Shown: piece by piece, positions 15,201 to 24,959 of the stretch
Layout of the letters: each line of letters opens with the position of its first letter
Numbering within the stretch: position 1 is the stretch's first letter
Origin: Tubulanus polymorphus
Lineage: Eukaryota; Animalia; Nemertea
DNA: 64,000 nucleotides
Direction: 5' to 3'
Assembly: GCF_964204645.1 (NCBI RefSeq)
Contig: NC_134027.1
Span: 22,530,560 to 22,594,559 of the forward strand
The notes under the pieces: generated by a model
Database searches by the model: none
Told to the model about the DNA's origin: nothing
What the model saw: the letters and a program-made list of their open reading frames with translations, nothing else
Position numbers and translations under genes: made by a program

Positions 15201-18200
15201 ATGATGGACATCCACTCGAAGATGCCCCACAAAACTAGGGTTTCCATGATGGACATCAACTGGAAGCTGCTCCAGAAACTAGGTTTCCATGATGGACAAT
15301 CACTGGAAGCTGCCCCACGAAACTAGGGTTTCCATGATGGACATCCACTCGAAGATGCCCCACGAAACTAGGGTTTCCATGATGGACATCCACTGGAAGT
15401 TGCCCCACGAAACTAGGTTTCCATGATGGACATCCACTCGAAGATGCCCCACGAAACTAGGGTTTCCATGATGGACATCAACTGGAAGCTGCTCCAGAAA
15501 CTAGGTTTCCATGATGGACAATCACTGGAAGCTGCCCCACGAAACTAGGGTTTCCATGATGGACATCCACTGGAACCAACTGATGAGACTAAGTTTCTTT
15601 GATGGACACCCAGCAGGAGATGCCCCATGGTACTAGGTTTCACTGACGAACCGGGACCTGCCAACCGGTGTCTCAAAAGTCCATGATATAATTTCAATAT
15701 CCTCAACGATTTCCACCTATTATTTGGACGCATGCGTGAAAACTAAGTACATCGCTTCATACAACGATTCATTTCGAAGAGTAGTCTTCATCTGAGAAAT
15801 TCTCAATCGAAAATGAACGACTACTAACACCAGATATCTTATCGGTGCAACATAGCGAATGTCATTAGTACCAAGCTGCAGAATGATACGAGTATCACAG
15901 GCTATGAGGGATTCTAGCGAGTAGTTCAAGTGATACGCCGGTATCAATTCCATAATGTTATTACTATCATTTATGGAACTGATACACTTGGGTACACAAT
16001 GCTCTTTCGCACCTCGCTAGGTTCCCTAACCCGTTTGGCATGTTGCCGAATGAACTGCAATTGGTGAATTTAGTGCGGTTGCGTCGTCGAATATTGACAG
16101 GCAATTTCAACAAGTGGTCGTAGTGGGCTATTTCTGCGCGTATCGGCAGATTACTGCAGGAGGCTTATAGTTGAGATAAGTAATTCTCACTAGGCCACAG
16201 CAGTAGCACCAGCAGCAGCTATAGCAGCGTTGATGAGTAAATTGAAATATTCAGACTGAATGAAGTGGTGAATGATACGTGTCTGAATTATACATCTTCG
16301 AGAATTAAACTCAGTCTTTATAGAGTACCGGAGTAGAGAAGTGGAGCGGTTCTGAACCGGAGTGGAGTACGCGTAGTAATAAATCTACAGCCTCGATTAA
16401 TTATCTGACGCACCTGAAGTTAACTACACTCAACTCTTGAGAGTTACAATCCAAATAGATTTCACATTTTTGTGTAGAGTAGATCGCGAAATTTATTCAT
16501 TTCTTAACCGCAGTCAAATTTCAACCCGAAGGATTGAAATAGAAACAGAGTTTCCGTGGTTAAAAATGGCAGGAATACGTATTGAGTGAAAACTAAGTCC
16601 ATCCTTTGACAGAGCGGACTACCCGATATCTCTAATTGGTAGTTTTCATGAAAAAAATCGTATCCATATGATTGCAACATCAGTTCCACTTGTTTGAATC
16701 AAACCAGATGCTTCTGATGATTAATATATAGATGGAATCCACGAAAAAGGACTTGACCGGCACTTACCTTGATTCTAACTACGAGTTCTTCAGTTTCACC
16801 TAAAGCAGACTTATCAGTAAGCGAGAGGAAACGAATCTTATCCAAAGCATCCGATGCATTCGAGATTAACTCTCTCAAGTAAATCTGAAAAAAAGAACCG
16901 ATGAAAAATTTGTCACTTCTGAAAAATTTTGAGACTGTTTATCCTACTACAGAACGGGACTAAAAATGTTCTATATCGTTTGTGATATCTTGTCCGATTG
17001 CCCAGGAAAACTATATTTTCGTTAGGGCAAGTAGGTTATCATTATCACTCGTCCACCGGGCTAGTGCAATTTCATGTCTCAATGCTTTTTTTAGAACTCA
17101 ATACAACGGATGGTTGTGCCATCAATCCCACTGTCTACGTAGGGAAAGTGAGGGGGCATGGGAAATTTTGGATATGCTTGCCCCACAGGGAAACGGCTTT
17201 TTTCCATAATTTTTCCCTAATTTTCTCAAATAGTGTCACAAAAAAATATTTCAACAAACATCCGAATTGAACAGTCATCGCAGTTGATAGGGATCTGACT
17301 TGGGCGGAGTCTACTGTAGAGATTGTGACGTAGCCTAGTTGTCAAGATTCTGTAAATATTTTCAAGACCGTCATAACACCACCATTGGGACAAGAGACAA
17401 ACACGGTGGAGTTATTACAAAATTTGCGACATTTTCTATCGGATTTATGAGTGCATTTTCGCACTTATCACCGAATACTCATTTCGGGCTTTTTTTCCAG
17501 GCCATTTCAGACACTACGAACAGAGAGTTTGACCGCGTGGTTTTAGCCTCGACGGCCGATGAGTCTTACCTCCTTATTTTTATATAACGAATTGATGATG
17601 AGTTTCATCATACGATCGACTTCTGCTTGGAAGTGGTGCTTCTCCGACTTGTCGCGGATTTCTTTCATTTGCGCCACGCTGAGGCCGTCCAACTTGATGG
17701 CCTCTTCCTCTCTGTCGGCAAAAAGAAAACGCAAGTTCATTTTTTCAAATCATCAGTTTACGCACAAATGGATGAAAATAGACATAAATAACGCCACGTT
17801 TGCTGTCTGGGCACGACAGTATACGTGGCCTTATGCAGACGGACTTTTGTCTTGACTATCTCGGACAAAAAACGAAATCATTTATTTTTTCTGGCTTCCT
17901 GACGTATTTTCCTATATCTGCCTTAGGCAAGGTTCACTGTACTGGTATTGGAAGTTTTGCCACTTTATAAATCCAAAGTCAAAGGTTCACACTTTAGATT
18001 TCAATCTAAAAATGAACTTCAAATGTGAAACCTTAAAAAAACTGGCACATTTTTTTTAAAAGTTACATTATCCACAGTTCACATGCATTCCAGACTTCAC
18101 CAGAGGAGAGTTTAATTGAAAATTTTAACCGACAAGAACCAGATTTAGGACATTTTAAACTTTCAAGTGATCATCCAGATTTCATTCTGCCACAGTGAAT

Positions 18201-20978
18201 AATGGTTCCAGGCAATAGTCTTTAGTAGCAGCTACAATTGAAAGAGACTATTTGAGGAATCCTCCACTGCTGCAGTAACATTGAAAAACCAGTCGCATAC
18301 CGAGCAATCATCGTAACATACCTTTGAACTACTTCATCGTCGGTTTTTGAACCGTCTTTACTTTTGCCAACTTCTTCTTCGACTTTAGGTTCATCGACCG
18401 AGTCCTCGGCTCTGCATACCGCTGCGAAATAGAATATCATCATATGTATAATCAATACATCAAGGTTCTCTCAACAAAATCTTCTATCATATTTCCGATA
18501 AGAAATAGACCATCGAAACGAACGAGTAGGTTAATTTGGCAGTAGTCTTAGCGGAGTTGTACTCTTAAGCTGAAGAAAACTACGAAACTAACGCACAGTT
18601 ACTTGTCCCACCGTATGCGGTATAGACATTCAATCACTCAAATTTATTCGCATTCATCTGCACTCATAAGCAGCATCCAGGATACGGGTTGGCGGGAAAA
18701 AGATCTCTTTCTAGCGTTAATCTCTGACCAGTACAGAGTATGTCCAGTCGAAATATAGCGGGAATCCAATGCACCTTGCTGTAGCGGACCAAACCAGCCT
18801 AGCGTTGTGTAGGCCCCCAAACACAAAGTGATACCACCTTGATACCGAGTGCAAATTAATGAATATTCTCAGCACACGGCAGTGCAAGTTAATACAGAAC
18901 CTTTAGACTAAGTAAAAGTAGTATGCCAAGTTCAATAGGTCTAGACCAATTTCAACGTAAACCCGCAGGTTTGCTCAATTGACTCGAATGAACCCCGGTT
19001 TAATCCATATGACCAAATTTTTAAGAAACATGCATATAAAGAACTGTCCTTTTTTAAGGACATAGCCTACTGTTTTTCTTCATATACACACAGCCAGGGT
19101 TAGGTTGAGGGCAAAACCAAACAACCTCAATTAGGCAAAGACAGGTCAAATGGTCTCAACCGATACCAGAATTTTTTATTGTCCCGTCTGACCAGAATGC
19201 ACTCTTTTACCTAATCCAGAAGAGCATAATCTGTTAACCTGATAAAAGGCCAGTAGAGGTATATATAATCTGAATTAATACATTCCACAACAGTGTACAA
19301 GTTTTATCGAACCTGCCTTATTAAATTACGTGACCCATAAATCATCTTCGTGGCAAGCGACTTTTAAAAAGAATGAGGTTGTCATCATCAGAAGAAATTT
19401 GTAATTATCTTGATTGCAATAATCTGATAATCTAGGCAATTATTACAGAACGATTTTGATTTTAAACGAGCTGATCACATCCGAGGTTAACTGTAATAGG
19501 CCCTAAGCTAGCCCGGCTAATATGACAACTTTCGTCAAATTTTAACAGCAATTCTAACTTGCGACTTGAAATTGAAGATTGAAAAATCGTAAAGCTTACT
19601 ACAAACTACATAATTTCCCTGTGTTGTCCAGAGCTTAATCATTCGAGATCAAATTCCATTTTATTTCCTCCGAGTAAAATATATTCTCCCCAGTGCAGTG
19701 TTTTCAATAAGAGCCAGGTCCCAGACCAGTCTGTTGTTTCTAAAGGACCCGCCTGTTTTTTTTTCAAACCAGCTTTCGTTTCAGGGAGTGACATATTATG
19801 GGACCCTCCTTTTTTCAGGGACCTGGCTTTTTAATTTCTTATCGAAAACACTACAGTGTTTCCCAGAAAAATGGTCACCTAACAGCACCAGAGGTAGGCG
19901 TAAGCAACTGATTTCAGGAGAAGACCCAATGATCTTTCGATGCGGTTCATGACATGTGATGAGGAGCATTTTTTCTCGAATGGGTGTTGGCCTACACATA
20001 CACAGGTGTCAAGGTTTCGACTAGGTGTAGAATAACATAAAAGAGTAACTGATCTCTAAAGTAACGAGGGAAACAGAACGCTGCAACAACCGCAGCACCG
20101 ACGTGTGAACACTGCACAGCTCGGCTGCCGTGGTATAAATACACTTCTAGCTATGATAGGTATTTATAGCCAGACTTCTGCAACCAATCAGCGTCGACAA
20201 TAACAACGTCTTCAGGTGAGTGCGAGGAGAAATACTATTTGTTTTACACTGATTTCAAGTGACAGATCTTCATCAGAGTTCGGACGACTAAGAACCCCAC
20301 AAATCCCGAAGCCGTTTTCGACAGTTATGGATTTAGGTCTAATTCAAGACTCGACAAACAGCGTTAGAACTTTTCTACCATGAATTCTAACATGGCTTTG
20401 TTTTCAGCAGGGACTTGACCTTTCCTTTCTTCTTTTACCCCGCCTTTCCCAATCCCATCACTGACTGGTCACAATTTATAATGAATGGGTCCAATGACCG
20501 ACCTCAGAATCCCTGGAATACAGCTAACTGGGTTTGATAATTTGAGATGGTCTTATTTGTCGATCTGATATTCGATATCATTTCATTTAACTTGTGACAA
20601 ATCCCACGTCCGGGCACAGGGTTAGGCTTTGCGTGATGATGGGAATCCAATGGGTATGATAGGATAGAGGCCTATAGCTATAGGAGTGTTAATGAGTGGT
20701 AGGAGGAGAATTAGCAAGCACTGACAAAAGAACACAGGATGAACGTAAGCTGACCGGACAGGGTTTGGTCGGTGGGAGAGTGGAATTGTCGAGTCGAGAA
20801 TGAAAAGCGGATGAGAGTCAAGGCCGAGCTAATTAGCCGGTCGGTTAACCTGCGGTTTTTGACATTCCGTTCAAAAGATATTCTAAATTCGGTACTAAAT
20901 CAATCTCATCGAACATTTCAACTTACCAGAGCAGAAGAGTAGTCCCACTATCGATATAAGCAGTAATTTGTTCCACAT
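2593..20978 (-). CDS. HSP90B1: Endoplasmin / GRP94 (ER HSP90), 18 coding exons, 809 aa
   Basis: Phase-consistent GT-AG exons: 20927-20978, 18322-18421, 17570-17711, 16768-16884, 11620-11818, 10929-11058, 10507-10618, 10341-10421, 9819-9922, 9370-9559, 8548-8786, 7950-8121, 7086-7331, 6415-6551, 5815-5893, 5324-5479, 4842-4988, 2593-2619 (2430 nt). N-terminal signal peptide [18 protein letters not shown]; HSP90 signatures [59 protein letters not shown]; C-terminal ER retention TDEKHDEL*. Confidence 0.97.
6026..6262. mobile_element. Foldback MITE with GGCAGGGATTCGAA-containing TIRs (other copies ~8876-9003, 57071-57408)
   Basis: Inverted ends CCTCCC..GGCAGGGATTCGAA / TTTGAATTCCCTGCGAGGAAGG; TTTGAAT duplicated on both flanks. 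Confidence 0.6.
6688..7060. repeat. Dispersed repeat (related copies ~38864-39220 same orientation, ~22610-22930 inverted)
   Basis: Shared blocks CCCTACAGATC, TTTGGTGGTTTTGTAAGC, TTTTGGGCATTTTGCT and TCAAGCACCTTT between 6688-7060 and 38864-39220; the TCAAGCACCTTT-containing end recurs reverse-complemented near 22660. Confidence 0.65.
7462..7641. repeat. Two-copy ~88-bp direct tandem duplication
   Basis: AAAGCTATCA(A/G)GGATAATATGACTCTTAA...GATAAAATGCTCAAA occurs twice in tandem. Confidence 0.85.
10685..10900. repeat. Degenerate ~30-bp minisatellite (AATTCACTGATTGGCTGCTATTCTATCT)
   Basis: About 7 visible degenerate units in HSP90B1 intron 6. Confidence 0.75.
11225..11619. repeat. ~60-bp minisatellite abutting the HSP90B1 exon-5 splice donor
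   Basis: About 6 units of GAGAGTCAGGTATTGACTTAAGGAGCCAACTGACAGCATTAGTAATTAATAGAGAATCTT. Confidence 0.85.
12084..12618. mobile_element. TTAA-type MITE (family A, reverse orientation) interrupted by a SINE
   Basis: TTAA-CCCTTTCAGTGC left end; right part ending CACTGAAAGAGTTCA matches the intact copies at 42167-42462 and 32599-32897. Confidence 0.75.
12203..12536 (-). mobile_element. tRNA-derived SINE with (ATT)n tail
   Basis: Minus-strand head has A-box-like TGGCCAAGCG and B-box GGTTCGAACCC; 3' end runs into (AAT)n at 12203-12236; a second 3' fragment lies at ~29030-29132. Confidence 0.75.
14966..15640. repeat. ~42-45-bp minisatellite, about 14 copies
   Basis: Unit GAAACTAGGTTTCCATGATGGACATCCACTGGAAGCTGCCCCAC, inside the 5-kb HSP90B1 intron 4. 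Confidence 0.95.
15720..15953 (-). mobile_element. Possible decayed LINE (CR1/L2-like) ORF1 esterase fragment
   Basis: [10 protein letters not shown] resembles the SGNH/GDSL block III (GxND) found in CR1/L2 ORF1; surrounding frames are broken. Confidence 0.35.
19696..19853. mobile_element. MITE with CAGTGTTTTC TIRs and 5-bp TSD (copies 23928-24093, partial 48282-48460)
   Basis: TSD CAGTG here and CCCTT for the 23928-24093 copy; internal sequences nearly identical. Confidence 0.8.
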
Positions 20979-21099
20979 CGTGCCTGCTTTAAGGCGTCTC
21001 CTCAACTGAAAGTGCTGGAGATACGACCCGATCTAAAGCGCTAGAGTCCAGCGAGGTATATCCCAAGAAGCAACCTTAGAAGGGATTCCCCTACGTTGC

Positions 21100-21194
21100 C
21101 CAATCATCGATGACCACGCTATGCGAGGTGCCCGTCGGCGACCAATCAGCGTCGTCCAGGTTTTCGATCATCGGTTGTGGCCCGCCGCGATTGG
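21100..21194. promoter_or_regulatory. Cluster of three ER-stress response elements (ERSE, CCAAT-N9-CCACG)
   Basis: Perfect CCAAT-catcgatga-CCACG at 21100-21118; CCAAT-cagcgtcgt-CCAGG at 21142-21160; minus-strand CCAAT-cgcggcggg-CCACA at 21194-21176. They lie 120-220 bp upstream of the HSP90B1 ATG. Confidence 0.85.
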
Positions 21195-21210
21195 CTGGTG
21201 AACTGAAGCC

Positions 21211-21326
21211 ACTTCGGAATTACTCGGCGGTTTCCGACAACACCTGAAATAAACCAAGGAAAGCCACATCGGTGATTTCCGACGCCACCCGGTACGCTAC
21301 TTCGGAATTACTCGGTGGTTTCCGAC
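21211..21326. repeat. 28-bp direct repeat in the divergent promoter
   Basis: ACTTCGGAATTACTCGG(C/T)GGTTTCCGAC at 21211-21238 and 21299-21326, with a partial copy (TCGGTGATTTCCGAC) between them. Confidence 0.8.
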
Positions 21327-23066
21327 GTTACTTCCTGGTTGAGTGGATAGTTTACGCGTCGTGAAGGAGATAATGACACGATATTGTTGATATATATGAA
21401 TTACACGTGTGTAACTGTCGTATCAGATTGTGTACACGACGTATTTACTTTCCGTTCAATCGTAAGTTATGGCGTTGTCTGTTGTCAATCGATCGATCTG
21501 ATTTTATCGAAGTTTAAAGCGGTCTTAGTTTTATAAATCAAATGTACGAAGTTGATCAATTATTACAATAAAATTCAATACTTTATTGCCATACAACTGT
21601 TTATTGACACTAATAATAATGCATCGATCATCATTGTGTAACGGATCAGTGCCCACAAAGTTCATAATACATGTTTCATAACCAGGCCCTCTTATTTTTA
21701 TTCAATTATCCACAGCCTACAGTGACTGACAGTGACCTGGGCTGGGGCAGTGTATAATAGGCCCCTACTATACTGCTGTGCTGGCTATGCTAGAAAAACT
21801 GGTAGGCCTAATTGACAAGTATTGGTTAATTTGATTAAAAACATAAATCAATCTTTTATTTTCTTTACAGTAACATAAAATCAGCAGCATTAACCAATTA
21901 TTTTTAAAAACGAAATCCTAAAATGCATTTAATGTATTTTTCATCAATAAAGAATTATTAACAATTAAATAATTATATACAAACTATATATGCTATATGG
22001 CTATTGTGATAATTTATATGTATTATGTATAATATATAAATCCAAATTTTAATTTTTCCTCTCTTCAACTTTGTACTAATACACACTCTAGGCTAGATGT
22101 ACCAGTAGGCTAAAAAAAACTTGTCATTCAAACCCTTTTTGGATAGGCTAGGCCTTCTTCTGCTGTGTTTATGTAAGATGGGTGAAAAAATACTTATTGA
22201 CAATACTATAAGGGCCCCGAAATGGATGTTTAATTCCTCAATTGTGCAGTACAGTTCTTTAGTTTGGACTAAGTAGTGCAGAATGAACAATTTTTAACTG
22301 ATAATCATCAAATTTCAAAAATATCAAAGACGGGATGAAACCATTTTATCGAAACATCCAATATGATAAAAAAACACCACTAGGCCCTGTTTACTATTCT
22401 AAAAGCAAAATTCATTACCAGGTATTCAAAAATCGAAAAATAAAAGACGGAGATGTTTCAAATCTGACTCAAGATCATTGTTAGGTGTCATGCCTGAGTG
22501 AGTTCGAAATATTGTGTCCTCTGTTTTTTTTATTTTCAAGTTTTGAATACCTACTGTATCAAGTATGGTTTTTTAATGTTTTGTTCATAGCAGGTTTTAT
22601 CACATGGTCCTTACAACTCCTTGATTCCTCAAAAACTCCTTTATGAATGGAAAATACTTTAAAAGGTGCTTGAAACTCCTTTTATTTGCACGAAACGCCC
22701 AAAACTCTTTTCTAACTGTATCAATTTCGAGAAATAGTCAATTAGAATTTTTTGGTTAGGAGCGCTACGCCTAAATCGGTATGTTTAGAACTGGGATTTT
22801 TTTTTATACAAGTAGGCAGTTTACCGAATAACTGAGTTTACTAGTAAGGTTTGGATATGAAAGTGATGCAGACGCTTCCTTGAAATTTGAAATTTACTCC
22901 TCAAATACTCCTTGAAAACTACTTATATCCGGGAATGACTGATCTGTTATGACCATGTATCTTATGATATATTTTCCACTGTAAAGTGTGGCTCTATTCT
23001 AGTACTCTTTGATGATTACATGTATTTCAGTTGTGTGTTGGGTGAATGATGGAGATGTTTTGAGAG

Positions 23067-24824
23067 ATGGCGTACAGACGACCGGTGACGCCGTTTGTGA
23101 TATCGACCAACGAAGATTTCATCAATGAAAGGACATTTCTCGCAGAAAAGGTAAACTGGAGTTCGCGGTGTAAACTTTTATGACATGAAAAATTAATGAA
23201 TTGTAACATTCTAAAAACAGTTTATCGTAGCTTCATCTACAATACATAAGCAGCAAAATTTTGTGCTTCAAATAAGATAGTTAACCTATAAAGTAAGTAC
23301 AACACGTCTCGTATTTATTCTACACCCGGTTAACACCGATGGCTCCTTTACGAATCTTCGCTATAGGTAATTGATTTACTAGAATGCTAAATTTTTTATG
23401 ATTAATGCCTTAATCATAAATTCTTATTCAACAGATTATATCTCGTATCGAAACTGTGAAATCGGGCCCTTGTCGGGCGACTGATATTTATAGATTGTAC
23501 CACCGGAATAAATCATTTCGCGCTGATCTGTCTATTAAATCCATTCAGAATAAATCTGTATGTTTAATCTTCTTAAATTCTGTTCTAGTGAATATATATC
23601 TCGTGTTTGTTAAGATCATTATCTCGGCCGTAGAAAGAGGATTTGATGTATGAAGAAAAACAAAACCTTTGTTAGGCTAAGAACCGGTTTCTGAGAATAT
23701 ATCCATATAAGTGTACCGTATAAAGTCCTTATTCTTCCAGCGAAATGGAAAGGTTTAAATTCAAAATACTATCAAAGAAGTTCAGTGGTATATCGAATGA
23801 TTGAAATATTAACAGTAAATTTTGTTTCGTTCGCATTACTCGGACCAGTAGCAATTTTTATGTGTGAATTTTAGAAATTGAAATAAAGGAATTTCTTTAT
23901 TGATTGAAAATATGGTCCGCGCCCCTTCAGTGTTTTCAATAAGAGCCAGGTCCCAGGTCCCAGACCCGTCTGTTGTTTGTAAAGGACCCTCTGTTTCTTC
24001 AAACCAGCTATCGTTTCAGGGACAGTGACATATTATGGGACCCTCCTGTTTTTCAAAGGGACTTGGCTTGTTGATTTCTTACAGAAAACACTGCCCTTGC
24101 CGGTGAGACCATCACATAGTTTCCACCACACAAGCCAGTTACGCATTCACACTGGTGAATTCAAATGAGTCTGTTCTCAGGACCGAATTCAATCAAAAAA
24201 TGTTTGACCAGTTTTTTAACATTTTAGCATATTGCGTGTGATATGCTATGTAACTGGTTCTGGAAGTGGATCCTCGCTTGCCACAGCTTCATTTTGATAG
24301 CATTTTTATGTGAATCGGATTCAGGCTGATGACTCGGGTCTGATCCGGGTCGTTTTGATGGGTACTATATCATCCCTGTGTGGGCACGGCTTATGATGAA
24401 GGTCAAGTTCACGACATTTTGCGGAAGTACACGTGTATTTAACACAACTTTACAGATGTTTAATAATGATTTATGCTACGTATTTCAGTTCATTGCAATA
24501 TGCGTATATAATACTTGATTCGATTAAATATTGAGCATTTAATCGAATGACATCTGTTTCATTTCTTGGTCGACACAGGTGCGCTTGCTAAGTTCAACCT
24601 ATGAGTATATTATCATTTAAAATCTGAGTGGTGATCAATGGTGACTTAACTCACTCATCGCAATCACCTACTTAAATTTTTCTGAATTCCTGTAGCATAA
24701 ATTACTTAAGTTTTAACTTGTATTCTTTTATGAGGGGCTGGTATGAGGGGCAGCGACCGATTGAGGGGGATTTTTTCATTTCGTCAACTTAACAAAAAGC
24801 TGTTACATTATATCAATGTTTCCA

Positions 24825-24877
<53 letters not shown>

Positions 24878-24885
24878 CATATATA

Positions 24886-24959
<74 letters not shown>

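Noticed and set aside
14966-15640. Regular repeat array as a possible CRISPR
   Set aside because: Head-to-tail units with no unique spacers, eukaryotic intron, no cas genes.
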